Below, piece after piece: positions 12,963 through 24,332 of a stretch of DNA of 64,000 nucleotides. The translations under genes and the position numbers were made by a program. Every line of letters starts with the position of its first letter. Positions within the stretch are counted from its first letter, which is position 1. Origin of the DNA: Mizuhopecten yessoensis (Eukaryota); assembly GCF_002113885.1 (NCBI RefSeq), contig NW_018408307.1, positions 1 through 64,000 of the forward strand. Reading direction: 5' to 3'. The notes under the pieces were generated by a model. That model did no database searches, had not been told where the DNA came from, and saw only the letters and a list, made by a program, of their open reading frames with translations.

Positions 12963-13799
12963 GTATGTGACTTACTGTATAGGTATATGTGACTTACTGT
13001 ATAGGTATATGTGACTTACAGTATAGGTATATGTGACTTACTGTACAGGTATATGTGACTTACTGTATAGGTATATGTGACTTACTGTATAGGTATATGT
13101 GACTTACTGTATAGGTATATGTGACTTACTGTACAGGTATATGTGACTTACTGTACAGGTATATGTGACTTACTGTACAGGTATATGTGACTTACTGTAC
13201 AGGTATATGTGACTTACTGTATAGGTATATGTGACTTACTGTATAGGTATATGTGACTTACTGTATAGGTATATGTGACTTACTGTACAGGTATATGTGA
13301 CTTACTGTACAGGTATATGTGACTTACTGTACAGGTATATGTGACTTACTGTACAGGTATATGTGACTTACTGTACAGGTATATGTGACTTACTGTACAG
13401 GTATATGTGACTTACTGTACAGGTATATGTGACTTACTGTACAGGTATATGTGACTTACTGTACAGGTATATGTGACTTACTGTACAGGTATATGTGACT
13501 TACTGTACAGGTATATGTGACTTACTGTACAGGTATATGTGACTTACTGTACAGGTATATGTGACTTACTGTACAGGTATATGTGACTTACTGTACAGGT
13601 ATATGTGACTTACTGTACAGGTATATGTGACTTACTGTACAGGTATATGTGACTTACTGTACAGGTATATGTGACTTACTGTACAGGTATATGTGACTTA
13701 CTGTACAGGTATATGTGACTTACTGTATAGGTTTATGTGACTTACTGTACAGGTATATGTGACTTACTGTATAGGTATATGTGACTTACTGTATAGGTA
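12963..13799. repeat. 22-bp tandem array (~38 copies) overlapping the ASPP exon donor at 13790
   Basis: Unit on the gene strand is TACCT(A/G)TACA|GTAAGTCACATA; the first copy is the true exon-intron junction. Confidence 0.98.
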
Positions 13800-13956
13800 C
13801 TCGGAGCAGCCGTCGAAGCCATCCTCCTCCTCCTCACACTTCTCAGCAGCCGTCTCCTGGTCACTGATGGTGGTGGCGAAGATACAGGCACCATGCTCCA
13901 CCAAGAACTTCACCATGGGTAGGTTGTTACAGGAGGCTGCACAATGAAGAGGAGTC
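13790..13956 (-). CDS. ASPP: ASPP ankyrin exon ([29 protein letters not shown]...CSEYLY)
   Basis: Acceptor ctctctccccag|G, donor TACA|gtaagt. Not in the ORF track on this strand; translated manually. Confidence 0.96.
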
Positions 13957-14265
13957 CTGGGGAGAGAGGCAATAACCTTTACATAAAACCTAACTCAGAG
14001 GAAGGAATATTTAAATGTTTCTCAACTTATCTATTTATTTAACTTTGAAAAAGCATGTACATGTAATAACAATCAATTGTTTTTATAGATAAAATTGTCT
14101 ATCCCACTGTATATATTATATATGTAATAACAATCAACTGGATTACTTCTCTTCATCCATTAATGAAATTGACTATCCAACTACATACAATTGAATGTAT
14201 CATCTATCCCACTCTACATATATTTACAAACATTTGGATTACTTCCCGTTATCTGTCCCACTTAC

Positions 14266-14399
14266 CAGCCATCACTGTCAGGTGAGTTTACATCACAGCC
14301 AAACTCCACAAGGAATTTAACGATCTCATAGTGTCCAGCACAGATGGCGTTGTGTAGAGCCGTGATTCCCTCATCATTGGGCTCACTCACATCATGGAC
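14266..14399 (-). CDS. ASPP: ASPP ankyrin exon ([23 protein letters not shown]...DSDGW)
   Basis: Acceptor tttatcag|GTC, donor TG|gtaagt, ASPP ankyrin signature [11 protein letters not shown]. Confidence 0.96.
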
Positions 14400-14498
14400 C
14401 TGATAAAGATACAATACTTGAGTATTAAAATTGATCGGCATCTTTGAAAATAAGATTGGGATTTTGAAAGTTACCTGCACTTTGTTCAAATAGCAAAT

Positions 14499-14577
14499 AT
14501 AGGTACTCAGTTAATGAACTTAAGAAAGAGGACAGATAAGTTCCATTTCTGAGCATCTCTTAACTGAGTATCCCTAT
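14499..14577. repeat. Short imperfect inverted repeat (MITE-like hairpin) in an ASPP intron
   Basis: ataggtactcagttaa ... ttaactgagtatccctat. Confidence 0.6.
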
Positions 14578-14710
14578 GTACAATATCTTTAATATTTTCA
14601 GTAGCACATATCTCAAGAATACTTAAGCTGGTCATCTTGAACAGGTAATTATAACCAAACAAGGAAGAGGAAAATGGGAAACCCTACGAGAGGCTGTATT
14701 AAATGATTAC

Positions 14711-16603
14711 CTGAGAGGCGCAGCGCTTGACCAGTTCCAGTTCTCCCTCCAGTGAGGAGTCCAGCAGCAGGGCCAGAGGATCAAAGCTCACACGATTCCC
14801 TGACTTTTTAGCATTACGGTTTTTCAGGTTTGTCTTTTTCTTTACTGGTTGGTCAGATGTGACAATCTGAAGACTGGCAGGACTAGATGTTTTACTTCCA
14901 TCTGAGCCGTCCGCTGGCTTGCCCTTGTCTGATAGGTCAATGAGGTTACCCATTCCATCTACAGGGACGTCCTCAGGGACTTGGTCTTGGAAGGACGTGG
15001 CCTGAGTGTCATACCCTCCAATGTGACGTCCCTCCCCGGTCTCCTGGGATGTGTACCCCGACTGGTTCTTGTAGCGGTCCACATACTTGTGAAGTAATTT
15101 TGTGATGTCTTCATTGTCACTGTCAGAGTGCCGTCGGCGAAGGTTTACATGTTTATGTGTATGCCGATTGTGACTGACCTTATCAGAAGCAATGTCTGTA
15201 TATTGTGGAGAGGTTGGAGGTGAACTAGGCTTACCTCCCTTAGGGGAACTCACTGGTGGTGACAGTGACTGGGAGGCTGAACTTGACGGTGGTGATAATG
15301 AGTTAGCACTGTTTGGTGGTTTTTGATTCGTGTTTGTGTGAGATTTGTCCTCACTGGACTTATTTGTTTTTGCACCATCTTTCTTGGATATATTTGTATA
15401 CATCATGTTGATGTTTTGTTGGTACTTTTTCAGGGCCTCAGGGCCCAGCTTACCCATGTATGTGTTGGCTATCACATTTTTAGAGGCGTATTTGTATTTA
15501 GGCTGCTGTTTAGAACTGCTCCCTGAATCACTGTTGAGAGAAGAATCAGACCCATTATTACTGTTGGTGTCCTTCATGGAATCTGTTTGATCATAGGAAC
15601 GTGCATTTTGCTGTGAATGGGGGTAGGGAGGAGGTGCCCCTTGTTGTTTATTTGGGGGTACAGAGCCCCCCGGGTAGGGGGGCGGGTGTTTGTTTGGCCC
15701 TCCATGACGTGTAGAAGCACCGTTATTAGTATTAGAACCGTTTGTCCCATTAAGCAAAGGAGTCTGTTTCTCCGAACGGTTTGTGGATTGATGGTCAGAG
15801 GGGTAAGCACTGTTTTCTTTTTGAGAACTGTCACTTGATGCAGGTGAACTTTGTCCACTGCCCCCAGTACGTATGTCCTCCGCTATTGTGATTGTAGGAC
15901 CCCCCTGTTGGTCACTTGGACCCCTGTTTAGCACAGAGGTACTGTACGTTGACCCAAACGGCCTTGCCGTAAGATAAGTCAAATTTGTTGTACCTGCACG
16001 AGCAGGGATTGGTGGCGGAGGGTGTTTACCTTGTTGCTGCCCTGACGTTGAATACTGGGGTTGTGATGGCGTTTGCCTTGTCTCCTTATGAACATGTTCA
16101 GATGGGGCATACCCATTTTCTTTTGGCACACTTTTTGATGGATCAACTTTTGCTGTTAAGGTTTTAGACTTGAGTTCCTCTGGTCCCTTCATCACTGTAT
16201 TATTATTAGGCTCAGGCACATTTTCAACAGATTTAAGCTGTTTTTTGGAGGTATCATCAGAAGAATTCATCACAAACTTTGAACTCACAGGTAACGACTG
16301 ATATTTAGGATCTGCTTTATGGAAAGTTGGATCTACATTTCCATTTAATTGATCTTTTGGCACAATTTGTACGTAAGGTTCCACAGCTGCCACATTGTTC
16401 CGCGTCGGTTTATTCCCCGATTTGTTATCTGACTGCTGATTGGCCAGTTTTTTCTGTTGTTCAGCCTGCTGGGCACGTTTCTTTTTCAGTCTTTGTTGCA
16501 ACTCCAATATTCTGTTGTCCATTTTAGAAATTTCATCTTTTCGCTGCTTCAACATATCCTTGTGATTCTTCAGTTTGCTACTTTGTTGTTCATTCAGTTT
16601 ATN
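14711..16603 (-). CDS. ASPP: ASPP large exon: end of coiled coil, Pro/Ser-rich region, RVSF, start of ankyrin region; acceptor lost at assembly N
   Basis: Open frame from (N)KLNEQQ to RVSFDPLALLLDSSLEGELELVKRCASQ, donor CAG|gtaatc. The 5' boundary is cut by a single N at 16603. Confidence 0.93.
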
Positions 16604-17002
16604 AGTTACACCAAGTACACAAATGGCTCTTTACATTCTGTCTAGTTACACCAAGTACACAAAGGGCTCTTTACATTCTGTCTAGTCACACCAAGTACAC
16701 AAAGGGCACTTTACATTCTGTCTAGTTACACCAAGTACACAAATGGCTCTTTACATTCTGTCTAGTTACACCAAGTACACAAAGGGCTCTTTACATTCTG
16801 TCTAGTAACATCAAGTACACAAAGGGCTCTTTACATTCTGTCTAGTAACACCAAGTACACAAAGGGCACTTTACATTCTGTCTAGTAACACCAAGTACAC
16901 AAAGGGCTCTTTACATTCTGTCTAGTTACACCAATCACACAAAGGGCACTTTACATTCTGTCTAGTAACACCAAGTACACAAAGGGCTCTTTACATTCTG
17001 TC
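16604..17002. repeat. 40-bp tandem array (~10 copies) abutting the 5' end of the large ASPP exon
   Basis: Unit agttacaccaagtacacaaagggctctttacattctgtct. Confidence 0.95.
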
Positions 17003-17264
17003 CTTCACAATTATTTTATTTACTGGAAGCAATTAAATTATCTCTAATTCTGTTGATATTTAAAGCAATAATTCCATTAAAATGTACTATGCTGAAAACA
17101 AATTTTTGAGATGTATTAAATAGCCCCAAGCAATTATATAGAAACAGAAAATGTAGAAAACATGAATAAATAGCTCTAACAAACACAGAGAATAACTGAA
17201 TTTCTTTAAGCTTCAAGTTATCAGGTTAAGAATTCATTTGGCTCTCTAAATTATGAAAACTGAC

Positions 17265-17452
17265 CATCAATTCCTTTTTAAGTTTGTCTAGTTCAAGTTT
17301 GGCTGCACTCTGACCAGCTGTTTTGCTGACCGAATCCTTGTCGTGTTTGATATCCTCTAACTGACGGGTCAGCTCCTCTACTTTAGCCACAGCCATGACC
17401 AGCTCCTTTTCCTTCTCACTGAACAGGGACTTCACACTTTCCAACTCCGAAT
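17265..17452 (-). CDS. ASPP: ASPP exon: coiled coil (SELESVKSLFSEKEKELVMAVAKVEELTRQLE...ELM)
   Basis: Acceptor ccttacag|AT, donor ATG|gtcagt, ASPP motif ELV.AV.KVEELTRQLE. Confidence 0.93.
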
Positions 17453-17665
17453 CTGTAAGGAGAACAACATTACGCTTATGAGACTCTCCAACTCTGAAAT
17501 TTACACTAATGGTGATTTAGACTCTCTAACTCTGAATATATAAACAACATTTACACTAATGGTGATTTGGACTCTCTAACTCTGAATATATAAACAACAT
17601 TTACACTAATGGTGATTTAGACTCTCCAACAGTGACTCTATGAATCTCTAAAGGAAACAACACAA
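17440..17665. repeat. ~50-bp degenerate tandem repeat (3-4 copies) overlapping the acceptor at 17452
   Basis: atttacactaatggtgattt(a/g)gactctc at 17499, 17549 and 17599; resembles the junction sequence ccaactccgaat...aacaacat. Confidence 0.8.
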
Positions 17666-17959
17666 TACATGTGGCAATCAAATCTATCTGGAGAACAGTG
17701 ATACTATATGTTCCCTTAGTGAACTATAGCTTGATACTTGCCTACAACCAAATGTTATGGCAGCAGCAATTAAACTACTTTAATCTGCTTAAAACTTAAT
17801 TGCAATGAACATCTTCACTTTTTATTTCATCATAATCTCCAGTCTCCAACACTCAACATTTTAATAATTTATTTTTGACATTCTCATTTTTTTATTCTGT
17901 CACTAGAGACTTCACTGTGGATTTCCTATATACATAGTAACCTTCCCTGATCAATCATT

Positions 17960-18052
17960 GACCTGGTATCTGAGTTGGTGAGTGAGAGAACCAGACATAA
18001 CAGTCTGAAGTCAAGGGTTCAAATCCTGGCCTGGAACAGTCACAAGTTCTCA
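17960..18052 (+). mobile_element. Degenerate tRNA-derived SINE head
   Basis: A-box-like tatctgagttgg and B-box ggttcaaatcc; no intact cloverleaf. Confidence 0.4.
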
Positions 18053-18891
18053 CGCAGAACACTGTTGTTGATTATATTTAATTTTGTATATTTTAACTTT
18101 TTTTTTATATAATTCCCTGAAGGTATGATTTTCTTTTCAGAAGTGATTTATCAAAGCAATAGTCATGCTGTAAAAAGTGTTCAATGCATATTCACAGTTT
18201 TTGGCAGTGTAAAGGGATAGCTTAATGGTGGTTACCAAAACACGTTGCTCATTTATCATCAAAGGACTGTTTTAAAACTAACATTGATGTGTCACACCAG
18301 TATCTCTGCCGATATACAAGAGAGCAGAGACCTTGATTAAAACATTACGCTTTGAATAAAAACAGTCGAACATTTCCTGTTAGCTTGCTTAGAGGAAGTG
18401 ATCTTGTTATTATCAAAGTCTAGGATTAAATACAAGATGAATGAAATATGTAAGTAGAGAATTTCTATGCATTGAGGTTTTTGACATACAATGATATAAC
18501 AAATAATGTTCATTTTATAAGACTGAAAATATCACCAATATTACAGCATAACAACTATTCCATTACTTATAGTATAAAGTATTATTACAAATTGTTGGGG
18601 ACAGATATCACTGCACTGTACAATATTTATTGAGGAAAACACAAGGGTTGAAATTCTCCTGAATTGTTAAGACAAAACTAAGTGGTATACGTATATGTCC
18701 ATGAAGGACCTCAACTTCAAACACTTCAAGTATCTGTAATGTACAACAGACTTTACAATTACCAGCACTTATAGTAATGTTGTGTTTCCCTTTTAGTTGT
18801 ATTTTTAACATTAGTTTTACACAGGATGAATATAAGATATGACAAAATTAAAAGATTTCACTTCAAATAATTAAAACCTCAGAAAACTTAC

Positions 18892-19165
18892 TGATAGATC
18901 CGTTGTTGTTTTTGTATTTCTCAGCCTCCCCACGGAGAGCACGTAACTTTTTTAACTTCATTTCCTGATTTTCCACCTTCTCCCGCAGTTTCTTAAGTCT
19001 GTCGTTTTCAGCAGCGATGTGTTGGTGACGAGCCTCCTGTTGTTTGAGGTACTTTAGGCGTTGTTCCTTGGCTACCAGGACCTGTTGTTGGTGCTCAATC
19101 TGCTGTTGTTGGCGAGACGCCATTTCCTGGAGCTCACTCAACGTCAGGTCAACACCTCCCGGCAA
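18892..19165 (-). CDS. ASPP: ASPP exon: coiled coil ([24 protein letters not shown]...)
   Basis: Acceptor ttttctag|TTG, donor A|gtaagt. Translation closely resembles the ASPP2 segment [18 protein letters not shown]...KEQRLKFLKQQ. Confidence 0.95.
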
Positions 19166-22100
19166 CTAGAAAATATAAAAGAACACCAAAATATAGCTGG
19201 AGATGATAAGAAATAAATGTAACACTGTTGAGTTTGTATTATTCTTCAACTCTCCATTAATGAACTCTGGTATACTCACACATACACACAACGGGAACAA
19301 TGAAACTTAATGAATCGCAAACATATAACAACTTGATATAATTGAGCTTATATTCATACGTAGAATAGCAATGACGGGAAACAAACACTATGACAGAGTT
19401 GGAACAAAAGTATCGGACAGAACTTTACAACCGCTATCCTGTTCCATGACAGAGTTGCTGTCACACATGAACGCTACTGGCAAGTAGCTCCAATACTAGG
19501 CTATATACACAAATGACTTTTCGATCTCCCAGCGTTGTTGATCCTTGGGGAACAACATTGTGATGATGTAGAGCAGTAATTACATTAATCCTGTGTCCAA
19601 AGCCAGCCTGCTTAGCACTATACATAAACTGAAACTTATTTCTTATAATAAAATAAGCTGATTGCATTTCAAAATGTTTATCTTAATGCAGCTATTTTGA
19701 TCCAAATACAATCATAAACATCTGGTTTTGAATTTCAAAATGTATCATTATGAGAAAATTATTCATCAAATCTTGGACATGATTATGTGTGTAAGCTGAT
19801 AGTGCTATTGTGAATCAGTACCTGTATATGTGTACACTGACACGGGAATCAATAACTCTCACCATTCTCTCACACCTACTGTTCCTCCTGACATAATCCT
19901 CACATATTTGTCAACTATTTCATTAATTAATTAAATCATCAATTGATGACCTTTGTGATGTGGTCCCTAAGGCAAGTCGGCTGTAATGGATACTGACATG
20001 AACTGCCAAGCAATCAACATCATCAATATCATTACCAGCTACAAGTAATGTATAGACTTCTATCCCTTGGACAGAATGTGAATGGGAAAAAGATTTGGCA
20101 AAATTTGCTGTGTTAGGATCACGTGATGTGAATATTTCCTGTATTAGGGGTCAAATGAAGGACAGTTTTCAGGTGAATGTCCCGAGAATATATCTAAATT
20201 GGTTAATATTTCATACAACATTCTCCCTGTAAGGATGCTGATACATAGAGCCATGTCAACCACATCCACGACAAAACACAGACCAGTTTTTATGGGAGTC
20301 ACTCTATCACAAATCAAAATTCCAAATCTGTTATATCTATATGAAGATATAAACATCCTTTATATGTTACATCACTGTTTACAAATACTGAATTATATTT
20401 GTACAGTTAAACTTTATCATCATAACGCTAGTTTTTGGTTTATTAATAAAAAACCTATATAACAAACTTGTTAGATAAATTAAAAGTAACTAATCTGCAA
20501 AAAGGTAAGTTCACAAGAAGCTTTCCTTTCATCTTTCTGTCCCCCTAGCTAAATGTAGCGAGAATGATCTTGTATTTGATACATGTTTCACCGTCCTTCC
20601 TACAAGACGACCACTACAAAATGTCCGACAGTCATTGACTTAGCCAGCATATGAAACATATATTTGTAGGTCAAACAGATATCACACACGATCAATCTTA
20701 ATTCTTATCTATATAAATTATTCTTTTTGTCATGTTCTGCATGAAATTGAAAATGTATGGTAGAAATTTTAAGTAGAAAATGGTTGATTAATGCCATATA
20801 CTTCTGAAAATACCTTTCCATGAATCAGAATCTGAAGTTTTGAAAAGAAAAATTCCAACAGGCTATTACGCAGGCTAAGTGTTTTCGGGACACATTTTTT
20901 AAGCATATGATATTCTGATAACATTTACCGTAGCTATATAGAGGGTGATACAAGTATGCACACTACCTACCATTGGCATTGCTAACGAGTCAGGAATATA
21001 TCAGAGCTGTCAGGTGTTGATAAATTCCACTAAGGTGACACCTTACCTCCAGGTGCAAAATTTGTCAACAAAAAACAACAGTGAGAAATTGGCAACCATT
21101 GTCTACCTATGTTCTAGTACAGGTGTTCCAAAATTCTTTGCAATTTTTTTTTTTTGAAATTTCCATGTGTCAGTCAATTTCCAACAGCTTCACAATGATT
21201 GATATCCAGGAAACGTAAAAATGTCCCATTTTCTATAGATAGTCCAAGAAAGCATGTACAAAATAACTGCAGCACAGCTCTTAACTTGCTGAGTCTGAGC
21301 TGGAAAACATCTTGGTCTGTATATAGGTCTAATGAAGATGTTGAAGGAGAAACACTGCTATTAAAGGGACTCGGCAGAGAATAAAGGTGATTTGTTTACC
21401 TACCAAACATTGACTTCAGGTTCAATAATGTCTCTGATCAATGGTTATCTCCCCTTAGTCTGCTGGTGTTTGTTAGCACGGTGCCTATACAGATTACGAT
21501 GGTAACACATTTTGTACAGAACTTGTGTACATAATGTTAGCCCTTTATCTAAGCTGGTATGGGAATAATCATGTAATACCCAATAACATTGTTACACTGT
21601 TTGCTGATATTTTTGCTCAATATTTGTACAGTGTATACTTAGAGGTAATATATCTCATTTTTAGACAATATTTGTACAGTAATGCTTTTGACTAACATCT
21701 TGTTTCCTTTATGTTCAGCAAGGGTAGTGCAAGCAATAAACACCAGGAACTACAATAAAACCAGCAATGTGTGAATTTTGTGGCAATGTTTCTTTCTTAA
21801 AAACTCTCGATAAATCTATTTTAATATGTGCTTTTCCTATTTCATGGTACATTACGTAAGCATCAAAACATACTGTATTTAAAAAATGTTTTACATACAC
21901 TGACAAATCTCAACACATTAGAATGTACAAATCACTTTTTATGGTCTAAATGTGTCCTCTTGTAGCCTATAAATATTTCTAGATATGCAAAAATTACACC
22001 ACACCAAAATTACCATAAATAAATAATGTGTCCTTTACATGTCATATCATCTATACAGGGTATAGGGTTAATTGTTAACTGTCATTTATTGATGAAACCC

Positions 22101-24332
22101 TTCTTTCACAACTTTGTGGTAAATAATGAAAAGCAAATCAACACCACACCTGATCGTTCCTATAACTAACATGAGTTAACAGGTAGAACAAATCCTGCGT
22201 GTGATCAGGTTAACAAGGACAGGAATCCGACCACATCTTTTGATGTTGTATAATTACCTGGTTATTAATTCTTTGTGAGACTGGGTACAGACCAACCTAT
22301 TTACCTAAAGCTTTATGGTAGATTTTCCTAAAGCTCCGTCAATATTGATACTGAGATACCATTATAGAGTTGAGTGGAGAGGAGCTAAATTACTGATTAG
22401 CAGATCTCACAGAACCTCACTGATAGCTAGAGACATTTTAAGGACATAAGTATATAATGTCTACCAGTTGTGTACCTAACACCTGTAAAATGTGGACAAT
22501 CTTCAGTATAATGTAGCCTTTACACCCAACAACTGTGGTCGTGGACACAGTCGGATTGTCATTAATCACAACAACATATGTCTGGGTGTACTATAACCAC
22601 AGCAGTGGATTCAAGCACAAGTAAATCTTACCTACCAACACCATATACTTGATTTATTTCCCAGATGACAAATTAACATCTGTCTTTACAAAATGTGTCT
22701 GAGCATTAAATTACAATCATTTTTCAGGTAAAGTACAAAGACTACCTTTGTATCTGTGAACTACTTGAACCTCTTTAAAATTTGTGTTTCGTTTCTAATG
22801 AAACTGAACAAATTAAGATACAGCTGTTCATTGGCACACCTAGACAAAAATACTGAAATTCATATTTACTGCACTGAACAATTATTTTAGTAAAATTACA
22901 TTGCATAAGGTTGACCTTGTAAAGATTCAGTAAGTACGTGAAACAAGAAAGAGAGTCCGCAAAAGAAAACTTACATAAACCACAAAATTCATATTGTTGA
23001 GTTTTTTCAAGGGCAAGCTTCTACATCCATTTCATCAAGGTGTAACAGATTCCTTCGTGTAATCATAGGTGTGTGTTCCCGGACTAAAAAATTAACACTG
23101 AAATTTTCTGAGGCTTGATTTATCTCCTTTGTTATATTGCATCTGCCCAAGAAGTTAGCTGACATTTCAATAATATATGACCAGGGGCGATATTTTACAT
23201 ATTTTTGCTCTAATCAAAACAATACTGGGTGTCATGCAGCACAGTCAGGCACAGACATGCACTTGTGGCAATTTCTTAATTGCAATAAATCTGTTCCTTT
23301 CTCTCCAGAACACAATGAACTTCCTGTGATTAGTCTGTACAAGATGTACATAATAATCTGTCTCCTAGCTGTTTACCTGATCATTACAACAATGACAGTG
23401 TACAGATTGTATCAGTATTTCCTGTACTATCAGTGTTATAGGCATTGATCTCCCACACCTGAGTATAATTGGCAACAAATGCCCATGCAATGTACCTAGT
23501 CACATGAAACACCTTTTAATCTTTGTTTAATCAGAAACTATAAACTCTTGTGTAATGTCACAATCAAACTTAAAGCCTAGTGTATTGAATGAAATAAAAC
23601 CAGCTTTGCTTGCTTTCTCCCACAGTGTTTGTTATTACAAGGGGTAAGCCAAATATTGACATGTCTGGGGTAGGTATATAGTATAGACTCTAAAAGGAAT
23701 AGTTTCAATGCAGTGTCTAGATATATACACACGGCGTGGACGTCAGTGGAGAAAGTCTTATTTGAAATCAATGATGTGCTCCAATCATCTCCATAAACTA
23801 TACTGAATCTTTTTCTCCCAACATGCATGTACATTTAAAGATCCTCTTCACAATAAAATGGTTTCACTGTAACACACACATATATTTGATGTCAGGAGAA
23901 ACAATTTTTTATTCAAAATCAAGGAAATGCTTTGCTTACATTTAGAACATTAATTGAAAAATTTAACATTTAGAACAATCATTATAAAAGATTACAATCG
24001 TGAGGTTGATATTGACTTGAAACACCTCTGATAATTTAAGGTATTCTGGGAAAGGACATTTTAATGACATGACACATGTCACACATATATTAATGTATAT
24101 CCTATTGATGATGCACTGTTAAACTTCCCACCATGAAATGTTTGATGACAACAGTAATGATGTATAAATAGTAAAAATAGAAAATTTACATGTTGACTTT
24201 ACACAGTCACATTTAAAACAGTCTGTAATTTGAGTTAAATGTTAATGTGCATGTCATGAAAATACAAAAACAAAACGCTGTCATCATGTTTGGAACTTTG
24301 TCAAAATTTGCACACCAGACAAAATGTCAAAC

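Noticed and set aside
15323-16645. Alternative-frame and antisense ORFs over the large exon
   Set aside because: Shadows of the GC-richer ASPP coding sequence.
17960-18052. tRNA gene
   Set aside because: A/B-box remnants only, with no acceptor or anticodon stems; treated as a SINE relic.
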